In this document: one piece after another, positions 11,001-22,934 of the stretch
Position numbering within the stretch: the stretch's first letter is position 1
Layout: every line of letters starts with the position of its first letter
NCBI GenBank assembly: GCA_964016885.1
Contig: OZ024741.1
Coordinates: forward strand, 66,402,001-66,466,000
Reading direction: 5' to 3'
Source of the DNA: Eledone cirrhosa
Taxonomy: Eukaryota
Length of the DNA: 64,000 nt
Translations under genes and position numbers: made by a program
The notes under the pieces: model-generated
Seen by the model: the letters and a program-made list of their open reading frames with translations, nothing else
Database searches by the model: none
What the model was told of the DNA's origin: nothing

Positions 11001-11472
11001 TCGAGAGAGGCTCTACAGACACGGGCGCCCGGGCAGGGATCCCTCAAAAAAGATTTGCCCTAGATGCGTGCGTCACGAAGAAACCGTTGCGCACGCATTG
11101 GTGCAATGTCCGGGCGTGGCTGATCTGTGGGGCTACGCCGAACAACTGCTGTCGCGGGTGGCGCCGATTAAATTGACCGCCGAGTCCGTGATGACAATCA
11201 AACCGCCTCCCCTCTTCACAAAGGAAGCAAAGGCGGTTTTTCTGTGCGTAATAGCCATGTTGAAAGAGGTTGTTTGGTGGACACGATTGAAAGGTCTGAG
11301 GTCAGGCAACTTCCTCTCTGGCCATAGTCTGGTCTACTTCTTCCGATATCACTTCGGAAGAAGGATAAGAATGGAGAGAGAGGTGCTTTGCCACAGGCAG
11401 TTTTATGAAAGGTGGGTGATAGTGGCGAGAATGGCTCGTGTAAATGGGCCTTCTCTGTATACCATCCTGTAG
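8035..11472 (+). CDS. ORF2: APE endonuclease, reverse transcriptase and CCHC motif (1145 aa, intact)
   Basis: EN motifs LNARG, ETR, VYSP, GDWN, LDR, TDH; linker GPGYWKLN; RT motifs QGCPLS and YADD; C-terminal CPRC...H...C. Confidence 0.96.
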   Translation: MDVLRVGCLNARGLGSTWKQAKLLNDLRSCSINVMVICETRISVVRQLAPTFDDFEVHASLCQPGGGGGVVVLLQKHLGLAVQVVHSDPEGRLLVLDVGSSESAALRLVAVYSPFGAERPDFFQRLETFLGTSRSLLLAGDWNDILDARWNYAGACPNRGGCNSLKGLLDRFNLVDRYRLDFPTVPTWTWRNHSGQSRSYLDRFLVRSKDRDILSCPEMRTVGYTDHKLVTCVVNLEKTHRQGPGYWKLNLSLPAKETYRNRISRLVKERLTGAIVNNRWWASLKREIRTESISYSKMLAADRNRNEKELTGKLEEAIKSEDVARVLASRTALNQFFDAKHEGCVIRSKIRALGNEGAKAVGWARVTEAKSGNRSTIRSLQDEDERVIREPKQMCEAFQRHFARLFGGGEGPGGGVDFGPYLDGLPRLSNEEAESCEGPISADEIGDALSQCSRRKSPGLDGIPYELYLAMPVFFSELLEAVYCNWQQNGRIPCSVAKGVVTLVRKDENKGDNINNFRPITLLNTELKILAKVLAKRLALVVGGLVGDAQTCAIPSRSIHDNLHLMRYIIERVGNKPGFGGALINLDQSKAFDRVDHGYLDAVLAAAGFGPVFRGWITALHSNHICSRIKVNGYLSKPFEITRSIRQGCPLSSLLYVLTLEPLLRKLELLQGIPLEPGLSKAVSAYADDVTVMVSTDSEIEAIGTLLEEYERLSGAKLNREKSIGLQLGTWRGRPMPPDGVVGHWTEGPVKLLGVWFGPDLQVEKNWNEVTNKVFALTQKWAKCKLSLKGRAEVANIYIASVTYYRLTVVPCPKETLTTMERMLFQFLWKKRPPMVRRSICCQQPSKGGLGMPWLMMCRHALRLRHLQVFLTGQPVWAPFVKRAFPRLVSLTELQSWVKQRSGKLGDWHTECAQALRALWQADQAIGGESTSSFYRGLVASRGDDTLGESLDMEEDELASLFGRTFGPGPMDNFQKSLAWQCYRGALPVRERLYRHGRPGRDPSKKICPRCVRHEETVAHALVQCPGVADLWGYAEQLLSRVAPIKLTAESVMTIKPPPLFTKEAKAVFLCVIAMLKEVVWWTRLKGLRSGNFLSGHSLVYFFRYHFGRRIRMEREVLCHRQFYERWVIVARMARVNGPSLYTIL

Positions 11473-11686
11473 GTAAAGAAGTAAAGGAGAGGGGAGCACC
11501 TTCTCCATGTGCCCCCCGGGCAAAGGATTGCACACTTTTTCGGGGGTGTGTGCAACCCCCATCACGTCCCCTCCCTTTTGAGGTTATTTTCGATTATTTT
11601 CATGTTACACCCTTTTTACTCGATTATATGTAAACTCCCCCTTTGTATTTGTCCCTTCTTTTTATGCCTTTATGGTAAATAAAGAA

Positions 11687-11765
<79 letters not shown>

Positions 11766-11785
11766 CATCTAGCTATCTGTCTATC
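11687..11785 (+). repeat. (TATC)n microsatellite
   Basis: Read directly from the sequence. Confidence 0.96.
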
Positions 11786-11788
11786 AAC

Positions 11789-12584
11789 TACCGGGACTGC
11801 GCAAAGCGGCGTTGGCTTATGCCGACGACGTGACGGTAATGGTGTCGAGCACCTCGGAAATCGGGGTGATCGGCAACTTACTGAAAGAATACGAAACGCT
11901 GACGGGAGCAAAACTAAACCCAGACAAGTCTGTCGGTTTGCAACTCGGTACGTGGAGAGGCAAACCGATGACATCCGACAGCGTCGTTGGACGCTGGACG
12001 GACGGACCGGTGAAATTGCTCGGGGTCTGGTTCGGTCCAGACCTCCAGGTGGAGAAAAACTGGAACGAGGTCACGGCCAAGGTGTTTGCACTCACCCAGA
12101 AGTGGGCAGAGTGCAAACTGTCCTTGAAAGGTCGAGCGGAGGTGGCGAATACTTTCATAGCGTCCGTCATCTACTACCGCTTGACTGTCGTGCCTTGTCC
12201 CCGTGAACACCTCGCCAAGATGAAACGCATGCTCTTCCAGTTTCTGTGGAAGAAGCAGGCTCCGCTGGTGAGGAGATCCGTCTGCTGTCAGCACCCTTCC
12301 AACGGAGGGCTGGGAATGCCGTGGCTGATGATGCGCAAACATGCGCTGAGGCTGCGGCATCTCCAAGTATTCCTCACCGACCCCCAACCGGTGTGGGCAC
12401 CGTTTGTGAGACAGGCTTTCCCACAGCTCGTCTCGCTGACGGAGCTGCAGTCCTGGGTGAAGAAAAGACCGAAAACGATGGGCGCCTGGCACATTGAATG
12501 CGCTCAGACGCTCACAGTCCTCTGTCAAGCGGGCGCAGCAATCAGTGGAGACTCCACTTCGACATTCTATAGAGGGATTGTACG
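11789..12584 (+). pseudogene. Tx1 copy 4: internal ORF2 fragment of another subfamily, truncated at both ends
   Basis: Runs from AYADD to STFYRG, starts after (TATC)n, and its 3' side breaks into a SINE fragment (AAAATAAAGTACCAG). Confidence 0.88.
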
Positions 12585-13339
12585 TTACAATAAAATAAAG
12601 TACCAGGTCGATTTAATTGACTTTCTCCCTTAGAAACCGTTATTTAATGGTATAGAACACAATTTGTCTCTTATTTAGCCGGCGTTGATAAAATAAAGTA
12701 CAAAGGTTTAATCTAACATTCTTTTCTTCCCATCCACCAATGTGCGGCCTGTAAAAGGGAGGCAATTCTGTTAAACGTGTTTAAAAAGATTAAACTTTTA
12801 AAGACTAAACTGCCTAAAACTGCTCATGGTTTTATGTTGCTAGCTGTTTATTTATAAGTGTTCATATTTATCCAAAAACTTTTAATCATAATTTTATGTA
12901 AGAAACTTTGTTAAGTTATGTTCCAAACGCCAGCTTAACAACGAGAAAGTTAATTATATTTCTAAATCTCTCCAAATTCTTGATTATTTTCAAAATTATT
13001 TGAAATTCATAGGCAAATACTTTCATTAGAAATAATATGGCAACGATAGTGTTAACTAAATGCCATCTAAAGTAAAATGAGGAACTGTTGGTCTAGGCCA
13101 GCAATCAGTGAGAATAAATTATTATTACCATATGGATTAAATTGGCTTACTGTGAGGATGAGTAACATTTCTTCCTTCGAGAATGGTGATAACAAGTAAT
13201 TATATCAGTTAAAAACACACACACATTTTCCATTATCAGATTCCCCATGAAGAATATAGTGCATGAAGAATATAGAGGCTAACAAAAACAGGGTTGATAA
13301 CAAGTGAAAAAAAAAAAAAAAAAAAAAAAAATTATTTAA

Positions 13340-13398
13340 TGGCAGTGCCCCAGCATGGCCTCAGTCCACTGGAAGACGTAATAGAATAATAGAATAGT
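13340..13398 (+). mobile_element. Retroelement 3'-end fragment with a short tandem tail
   Basis: GGCAGTGCCCCAGCATGGCCTCAG followed by an (AATAG)-like tail; a related copy lies at about 45680-45748. Confidence 0.5.
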
Positions 13399-13756
13399 AG
13401 TTTTATATGGAATTTTGTATTCTGACAGTTTTGTGTACTAAACAAGGAAGATTTAAATGGCCGTTTTAAATGACGAAATTGTCTTCATGTTCAGTGTTTC
13501 CATATGTTAAGCTGTTGAAACAATAATTTCACTCAGATTTCATGTCTTTTGGGTGGGAATGTTGCCGTACAATTGATCCTATGCGTGTGCTCCAAATAGA
13601 TTTGTTGAGCAAATTGTAAGCAACGAGATCGAAATCATTGGATATCAATTTAAACCCTTTTATCTTAAGGACTTAAGGATACTAGCTTAATTAGAAGATC
13701 AAGTGGCGGGAAAACGATCGAAGATTTTTCGGTCCTATCCGATGACTTCGTCTCAG

Positions 13757-13859
<103 letters not shown>

Positions 13860-14439
13860 GTGCAGACAATTAGGGTGTTTATCCGTGGAGGTTACGTTGT
13901 GACGTCGCGAGGATAAACCGGTTTAAGCAATCCCAAAGCACCTCACGCCAGTAATGTATCCCCACCGAAATGTTGGAGATTAGGTATAACGGAGTTTCCA
14001 TTTCCGAAATTGGTTTATTGCATAATATCTATTTCAATGACATGGTTATGTAATGTTTATATCATTGACAGTCTCCACGTGACATCATCAGATGCTCATA
14101 CAATTATGAGATGTAGTTATGCAAGTATGTAGATATACTGTTGGTAATATATTACCATATTGGTGTGATGCGAGCGAATATATGAGACACTAAGACTCGT
14201 TTCTGATTAATGTCTAGTGGCAGATATATCTGCCTTTTCATTGGTGGAGTTTGTAGGCTCTGAAAAATGATCCTTAATGCTATTGTTGACACATTTATTC
14301 CTTCCAGCTCGGCGTATTGTTCAGTCACTCGTTAACAGGTTGACTCAGCCATGCAGAACAGGGATTTCCAAATTTGCAGTTTCTCCAATGTTGTACCACA
14401 AGTATTCATTTTTATATTATTCTTTTCAACCTGTACACA

Positions 14440-14892
14440 CACCACCACCACCACCACCACCACCACCACCAACAGCCCCCCCCCCCCCCCCTCCCCACCA
14501 CCATCACCACCACCAGCAGCAGCACCACCACCACCACCACCACCACCACCACCACCACCACCACCACCACCACCACCACCACCTATACCACCACCACCAC
14601 CACCACCACCACCACCACCACCACCACTGCCACCACCACTGCCACCACCACTGCCACCACCACTGCCACCACCACTGCCACCACCACTGCCACCACCACT
14701 GCCACCACCACTGCCACCACCACTGCCACCACCACTGTCACCACCACCACCAACAACAACAATATCAACAACAACAACAACAACATCAACAATAAATACA
14801 ACAGTAACAACAACAACAACAACAACATCAACAATAAATACAACAGTAGCAACAACAACAACAACAACGACATCAACAATAAATACAACAGT

Positions 14893-14932
<40 letters not shown>

Positions 14933-15326
14933 TCAACAATAAATACAACAGTAACAACAACAACAACAACAACATCAACAATAAATACAACAGTAGCAAC
15001 AACAACAACAACAACGACATCAACAATAAATACAACAGTAGCAACAACAACAACAACAACAACATCAACAATAAATACAACAGTAGCAACAACAACAACA
15101 ACAACAACAACAATATCAACAATAAATACAACAGTAACAACAACAACAACAACAAAACCAACAACAACAACAACATCAACAATAAATACAACAGTAGCAA
15201 CAACAACAACAACAATATCAACAATAAATACAACAGTAGCAACAACAACAACAACAATATCAACAATAAATACAACAGTAGCAACAACAACAACAACAAC
15301 AATATCAACAATAAATACAACAGTAG

Positions 15327-15357
<31 letters not shown>

Positions 15358-15529
15358 ATCAACAATAAATACAACAGTAACAACAACAACAACAACAACA
15401 ACAACAAAACCAACAACAACAACAACATCAACAATAAATACAACAGTAGCAACAACAACAACAACAACAACATCAACAATAAATACAACAGTAGCAACAA
15501 CAACAACAACAACAATATCAACAATAAAT

Positions 15530-15563
<34 letters not shown>

Positions 15564-15695
15564 AACCAACAACAACAACAACATCAACAATAAATACAAC
15601 AGTAGCAACAACAACAACAACAACAACATCAACAATAAATACAACAGTAGCAACAACAACAACAACAACAATATCAACAATAAATACAACAGTAG

Positions 15696-15726
<31 letters not shown>

Positions 15727-15898
15727 ATCAACAATAAATACAACAGTAACAACAACAACAACAACAACAACAACAAAACCAACAACAACAACAACATCAA
15801 CAATAAATACAACAGTAGCAACAACAACAACAACAACAACATCAACAATAAATACAACAGTAGCAACAACAACAACAACAACAATATCAACAATAAAT

Positions 15899-15932
<34 letters not shown>

Positions 15933-16339
15933 AACCAACAACAACAACAACATCAACAATAAATACAACAGTAGCAACAACAACAACAACAACAATATCA
16001 ACAATAAATACAACAGTAGCAACAACAACAACAACAATATCAACAATAAATACAACAGTAGCAACAACAACAACAACAACAACAATAACAACAACAGCAA
16101 CAACAACAACAACTACAACACCAACAACAACAATAACTACAGTAATATCGGTAATAGTATCAACACCAATATTATCTATAACGACAGTAACAACAACAAC
16201 AAAAATAATAACAATAATAACTACAGCAATAACAATAACAACAACAACAATCAATAACAATGATAACAACAACAATAGCAACAAAAATAACAACAACAGC
16301 TACACAACAACAACAACCTCAATAACAATAACAGCAACC

Positions 16340-16340
<1 letters not shown>
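14440..16340 (+). repeat. (CCA)n tract followed by a (CAA)n-derived minisatellite with anchor ATCAACAATAAATACAACAGTA
   Basis: Units of about 36-55 bp with a 369-bp higher-order repeat. Confidence 0.93.
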
Positions 16341-16387
<47 letters not shown>

Positions 16388-16552
16388 CATACATATATAC
16401 ATACATACATATATACATACATACATATATATATATGTGTGTCTATATATATATATTATATATTTATTTGAAGCTGAAAATAAAGTCTTCCCTCCTCCCA
16501 CCACTCCTCCTCCTCCACCACCTCCCACCACTCCTCCCACCACAGAACAATG

Positions 16553-16594
<42 letters not shown>

Positions 16595-16865
16595 AAGAAA
16601 TCAAAATATAAATTGATATTTGAAATAGAATCGAAAAAAAAAAAAATTTAATAAGAAGGAAAAAATGTTGAAAGAAAATCAAATTTGATTAAAAAAACAA
16701 CACTCAATCTAGAAAGTACACATCACATAAATATACACAGACATAGAAACACACACACCCACACACATATATATATATGTATATGTATGTATAGTATGTA
16801 TAGTATGTATACACACACACACACATGTATATATATAAATATATACATATATACATACATACATA

Positions 16866-16896
<31 letters not shown>

Positions 16897-17048
16897 TACA
16901 TATATATATATATAAGTATATATATGTATATATATGTATATATATATATATATATATATACATATTATGAAAAAATATATACTGAAACTGTTTTGTGTGT
17001 TGATTATACGTAATTCGTTGAATGTGTGCGGTGAGCTGTGGAGGTATT

Positions 17049-17150
<102 letters not shown>

Positions 17151-17209
17151 AGAAATTGTTTGAAAGAATTGGCATGTCAAGAACAGCCAGATCAGAATAC
17201 TGATACAAA

Positions 17210-17240
<31 letters not shown>

Positions 17241-17243
<3 letters not shown>

Positions 17244-17607
17244 CGAAGGAAATGTGGTAAGGAACCAGGTGGAGCATAATGCACCAAAGTACTCAATACT
17301 TAGGGTAGTAGAGTGGGTAATAGGAACGAGTAGGACCCCGACGGCTGAGCTCAAGCCGTTTCGACGGCTAATTCTGTACTGAATGAAAATTTATTTAGTT
17401 TAGCTATCCCTTCCCCCACCAACTTGCCATCACAGATTTACTACTAACTTGTGATGTGACCAATCCTGGTGATTATCTCTTTGACCATATATGGAATTAC
17501 CCCTTGATAAGTTCGGCTATTTAAATACCAGAATAAATTTTCATTCAGTACAGAATTAGCCGTCGAAACGGCTTCAGCTCAGCCGTCGGGGTCTTACTTG
17601 TTCCTAT
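17241..17607. mobile_element. Penelope-like pLTR inverted-repeat insertion (family A) inside (TA)n
   Basis: Inverted arms at 17320-17395 and 17532-17607; the left arm carries an extra tail of about 80 bp; the same sequence recurs at 55.7-56.2 kb. Confidence 0.7.
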
Positions 17608-17610
17608 ATA
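17488..17610 (+). ncRNA. Type I hammerhead ribozyme, U3-A8 core variant
   Basis: ACCCC-TTGATAA-G..CGGCTA/TAGCCG..C-GAAA-CGGCT/AGCCG-TC-GGGGT. Confidence 0.72.
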
Positions 17611-17654
17611 TATATACGATATATTAACAAATGGAAACTATATTTATAAAACAT

Positions 17655-17725
17655 ATTTATTTCATTATACATATTTCAAGGACACCAAAGCAAATTATGG
17701 TGCGCTTTCATCAGATAAAATATAA
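17655..17725 (-). ncRNA. Minimal hammerhead-like motif (pLTR family B)
   Basis: CTGATGA-AAG..CACCA/TGGTG..CTT-GAAA-TATG-TA; stem I is weak. Confidence 0.55.
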
Positions 17726-18217
17726 TATAGATCAGTTTTATAAACAAATATTGACATACCCTTAAAGAATGCGACCATGTCCGTTGGAAGCTCCCGGATA
17801 GTGGGGTTACTAATTTTATTATTAGTCTATTATGCAAATTAGTGTCGGAGAGGTTTAAATCCAAGTACATTTAAATTAAGCCGTTGGAATAGGGAAAAAA
17901 GAAAAAGAAAAAGAAAAAGAAAGAGCAAACCCAAAGAAGGAAAACAAAAGAAAGAGAAAGAGAGAAAACCCTAAGTGAGAGAGTGTTGTATTAACGTAAT
18001 TTATGAGATGAAGCGAAAAAATAAATATATAGTGGATGAATTACGCGGAGTAAATAAAGCGTGGATAAATAAATAGATAATAATAACCGGAGAATTTTAT
18101 CTAATGTTTAAATTTGATTAAATGTTTAATTTATCAATTAAATATGTCAGTTAAATTATTGAGATCTATAAATCTATAAATTAAAAATTAAAAATTGAGA
18201 TCTATATATTATTAAAA

Positions 18218-18337
<120 letters not shown>

Positions 18338-19444
18338 AAAAAATATTATTAAAATATGTTATTATTACATAACCATATATAAATTTATTATTAATCATCA
18401 GCCAACAATTAATTATTAATTTTTCAATTAATTATCAATAAAAAATAATAAGAAATAAGAGATAAGAAATAAGAAATAAGAAATAAGAAATAAGAAAATT
18501 TTTTATGTAAACCCATGGAAATTCAGAGATTTTACCGAAGAATAATCTCTTCTTCGTAATAGCAATACAGCGTGAAAGAAATTAAGTGATTTATTTGTAA
18601 TTTAGATAGCTCTAAGGATTACATGTTATAAAGGTTAAGATAATAAAAAAAGTTAAGATTATAAAAAAAACCTTATATTATTTTATAGTAAGTTATAATT
18701 TTATAAATTTTATATATTTTATAAATCCACCTGTTATACAGTTGTGACTGTTAAAATATAAGTTTGTTTACTATAACGTCTTAATGTTTAAAGTTTTTCA
18801 TAAGAATACATCTAAAGCATAAACCGTAAAAAACCTTTTATACAAGTTCATTCATAGAATGTATTCAAATTATATATTTTGATATATATACATATACATA
18901 CACAGACATACATACATGTATACATATATATAGACATACACATATATACATACATATATATATACATAGATATACACACATATATATACATATATACATA
19001 TATACATAAATACAAAATACATAATATAAAATAAAATAGGAATTATAATTTTAAAAAGGATTATAATTTTAAAAGGAATTACAATTTAAAAAAATATAAT
19101 TATATAATTTTAAAAGAAATTATAATTTTTAAGCAATATAATTTAAAAAATATATATAAGAATATATAGAAAAAACAGTATAAAATATGAATTATAATTT
19201 GTTATATCCATCAGAGGAATTAACAAAAAAATCTTTTTTTAGAAACTTTCAGTATGTTTATCTTAATTTTTTATACCCATAAGAGAAATTTTCAAAAAAG
19301 AAATTTTCAAAACATCTCTTATTTTAAAAAAAACTTTCAAGGAAAAATTTTTAAGGAAAATTTTTTTTCATTTAAGAGAGTTTTAGGTTGTCGTATGAAT
19401 GAATCTAATGATTTATCGATAGGTTTAATAAGATGAGTTATATA

Positions 19445-20690
19445 TTACATTTTAAATTTATATTTAAACGTTGAATTTAATCTATGTTTGCAGCAACTGA
19501 AAAGATTGTTCCTTAAATTCACAGAATTTTTGCTTTTTAATATAAAGAATATTTCCTCTATACAAAGAGCACAATTTTCAGAAGAAGCATTGAATGGAGG
19601 TGCTTTGGAGATAATATTCCAAAGTAAAGAATAGTTAATGTTCTTTGATTTTAGGTCCCATAGTAAACTAGATAGAGAAGTTGAAGATTTTTTATTTATA
19701 TTCGTAAAAGAGCATTTATGGTTATTAAAACGAGATTTAAAGTCTGTGGAAGTAGAACCTACATAATTAAATGAATTTAAATTAGTTTTTACATTACAAT
19801 TATATACTATATTTTTAGCTAAACAATTGTTATTTAACGGACAGTTAGATTTATTTCTACAGTTACATTTATCAAAATTCAAGTTACTACGAACCGTATT
19901 ATTAAATTGGATATTGCTGGGGTTGTTAATGGTATTCTGGTTAGGTTTTAAGTTTCTATTATTAATTCTATTAATATTCTGCGCTAAATTACTGGTGGTT
20001 GAATAAGTTAATTTTATAGTATGTTTATTAAATATTGAGTAATATCTATGTGTTCTAGGGAAGCATTTGTCAAGAGCTTTAAAGAATAGTTTAGCAATAG
20101 GAGTTTTAATATTTAATGAGAAAGGAGGAGCGAACCATAATATATTCCTAGTTCTATTTCTTTTTTTGTTTTTCGAATTATTGTAAGGTTTTCTATTATA
20201 GTTATTAAAATTATGGTTAATTGTTATATTATTATTATCAATGTATTTAATTTTATTACTATATCCAGCTCTACCTAACGCTTCGTTGTAATACTGTGCT
20301 TTATCATCAAAAATATTCTTATTAGCTGAAATTCTAGAAATGCGTTGCTGTACGAAATTTACTATAGTATTTTTAACGGATCTGGGGTGATTGGAGTTAA
20401 AATTAACGTAGTTTAAGTTCTCGTTTAATTTGTGAAATGGATAATAAAGACATGTGTTAAGGTTTAAGGTTACATCTAGAAAGTTAACTATTTTATAATT
20501 ATTCTCTATTTCTACTTTAAGATTAAGGTAATTAAAAAATTGTATAATTTCTTTTCTTTTCCTATTTAATTCACAGTTATTATTTTCAATACAAACCTCC
20601 GGTCATCTCCGGTATTTTCCTATGTAGAGTATTATTTATAAAAAGCCCCATAAGATCCGTTATTTGGGAGGAATCAGATGACCCTATAGT
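19445..20690 (-). pseudogene. PLE reverse transcriptase/thumb plus GIY-YIG endonuclease, disrupted
   Basis: Minus strand reads NFLDVTLNL, SNHPRSV, YNEALGRAGY, RNILWFAPPFS and CNCRNKSNCPLNNNC-NIVY-YVGSTSTDFKSRFNNH. The RT catalytic motif appears deleted. Confidence 0.85.
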
Positions 20691-20714
20691 GATATCGAAA
20701 TTATTGTCTCTATC

Positions 20715-20753
<39 letters not shown>

Positions 20754-20763
20754 ATATATATAT

Positions 20764-21000
20764 ACGATATTAATAAATGGAAACTATATTTATAAAACCA
20801 TATTTATTTCATTATATATATTTCAAGGATACCAAGTTACATTATGGTATGCCTTCATCAGACAAAATACAATATATAACAGTTTTATAAATAGACATTG
20901 ACGTACCCCTTTAAAAATTGACCGTTGCTTTTGGAGGCCATCAGCATAGTGATTTGTTTACTTTAGTAAGTCATAGTGTTAAGAGTAAGTAAAAAGATGG
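20764..21000 (-). mobile_element. Second, diverged pLTR family B copy with a hammerhead-like motif (about 20805-20872)
   Basis: Homologous to 17615-17830; CTGATGA-AGG-C-ATACCA/TGGTAT-CCTT-GAAA; starts after (TA)n. Confidence 0.65.
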
Positions 21001-22257
21001 AGAGAGAGAGAGAGAGAGAAACGTGGAGAAAAGAAAGGGAGAGATAGATAAAGAAAAAGAAGAAAGTAAAAATAAAGAGAACAGAGGAAATAACGGGGAG
21101 ATATCAAACCATCAGACAGAGAAAAAATCCAGAGAGAGATATATAGAGATAGAGGGAGAGAACGAAAACCTTAAGTTATGTCATATTAAGTTGAGTTAAC
21201 AATTGGGATGAAAAGCATAAATAAAATTAGAAATATTAATATTCATGAATGGAATATAGATATATAATATGAGAAATTACACATTGTTTAATTATGATTA
21301 GATATTTAGTTTAAAATTAAGATCAATATATTAAAAATTGGAATTTAAACATTATAAAATATATATATTGCTAGAGAGATTATCTATCGCATATTACATA
21401 CACATAGGCAAAGGTACATAAATATATATATATATACACACTCACTCAGAAAATACACATTATATCTACTCCCGCATATAATATATATATACAAAGCATA
21501 AGTGATTTTTTATTTATTGCCATACATTCCCTGTGTTATTAATTAAAAATTAAAAGTTTTTTAGTATATATATATAAATATATAGGATTAACTTTCATGC
21601 ATTTATGGCTGTTAAGTTATGCATATCTGCAATCAAAAACTGCATGTGTAAGCCTGTACATTCACATCCATAATTCTTAGCTATACATGAATAGATATGT
21701 ATGTGCATCTTCAATTAGTATACACGCGTCACTCATGCATATATACAGACAGACATATAATCATAAAAAAGCATATAACACATGTATATGTATGTCAACA
21801 CACACATATAGATACATTAGTTGTACATAGATATACGTATACATCAACATATAACATAGTACAATTGAGTATATAAAATATATGTCTGTATGTTTTAAAT
21901 ATGTATACAGCCAGCAATTATTTTCGTTTGTCTATATTTCTTAGAGCTCTTTATATTCCAATACATTGTCGCTCTAAACGTGAATATATTTTCATATTTA
22001 TCGTGATACCTGCTACACTCTTTACATACACAGTTGAACGCGTGCATTGTGTTTGTTACTTAAATCAGGTTCAAACAGTCCATTGTACACTTAACATTCT
22101 TTGGTTTATATTTATATTCTCTTAAACACATGGCTCTATTGACTAAAGTAACCATCAACAAACTTCGTGAACTAGAACCCTCAAAACCAAAAAGGATATT
22201 TTTTCTTATATAAAACAATAAAGGAAGGATATTTGCTGCCATTTTTGTAAAAATGAT

Positions 22258-22573
22258 TTTCTGATTTAGACACAAGGCCAACAGTTTTCTTGGGGTAGGT
22301 GGGTGGGTTTTTTAAAGTCGATTAAATCGACCCCTCTGCATTACTGATTCGGCTCTACGTACGACGATGCTTTAGGATCGTTGGTTTAAGATGATCCTGG
22401 CCTCGTTGAGCAAGAGCAAGAAGAGGAAGAAAGAAGATTTTACTATATCGACCGCGTAAGAATGAAGGGCAAAGTTAACTTCGGTGAGATTCGAACTCAC
22501 AACGTAAAGAAACTTAACTCTATGCCACAAAGCCTGTTGTCTTACGATCTACCAATACTGCCAACCCACCGCC
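22258..22573 (-). mobile_element. tRNA-derived SINE (Meta/MESC-like core), interrupted
   Basis: B-box-like GTTCGAATC and core similar to GCCTTTCATCC...GTCGATA, with an insert of about 90 bp ending in a GAA-rich tail. Confidence 0.65.
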
Positions 22574-22770
22574 ATTACTGTAAAAGTGATGTAGTTACAA
22601 AGGCAGACATACACACATGCATCAATGAATAAATGTCATTCTCATGGCTGAGTGTCGGATGCTACAGACAGCCACTACTCTTTTCCACACATTGAACCAT
22701 TTGTCGCGTCTTCGTGTCTTCATGCAACCGAACATAGAACTAAAGTTGCTGTATCTCCATTATATTTCAT

Positions 22771-22934
22771 AGTCACTGACGATTGTACGGCGATACGTTA
22801 GGCCCGAGTCACTGACTATTTTAGACAGCTACATGAAACCATAGGTCCGAGTCACTGTCAATTGTAGACAACTGCATGAAACCATAGGTCCGAGTCACTG
22901 ACAACTGTACACAGATACATGAAACCATAGGTCC
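22771..22934 (+). repeat. 43-bp tandem array (4 units) of a hammerhead-like module
   Basis: Unit AGTCA-CTGACRA-TTGTA..TACAT-GAAA-CCATAGG-TC-CG. Confidence 0.8.

Larger units (their letters stand above)
5866..11687 (+). mobile_element. Full-length Tx1-clade element, copy 3 (about 5.8 kb)
   Basis: 5' UTR, ORF1 with zinc knuckle, 33-nt spacer, intact ORF2 and 3' UTR ending AATAAAGAAA, with (TATC)n on both sides. The 5' boundary is approximate. Confidence 0.93.

Noticed and set aside
187-12528. Antisense and alternative-frame ORFs inside the Tx1 copies
   Set aside because: They are shadows of the GC-rich RT frame and recur only because the elements are homologous.
13877-13918. GTTTATCC/GGATAAAC hairpin
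   Set aside because: Single short imperfect hairpin with no second copy or context to support a function.
14277-16342. Thr-, Asn-, Pro-, Val- and Leu-rich ORFs
   Set aside because: They are translations of (CCA)n and (CAA)n repeats, open in several frames at once.
22771-22934. CRISPR array
   Set aside because: The context is eukaryotic, the inter-repeat segments are homologous rather than unique spacers, and no cas genes are present.
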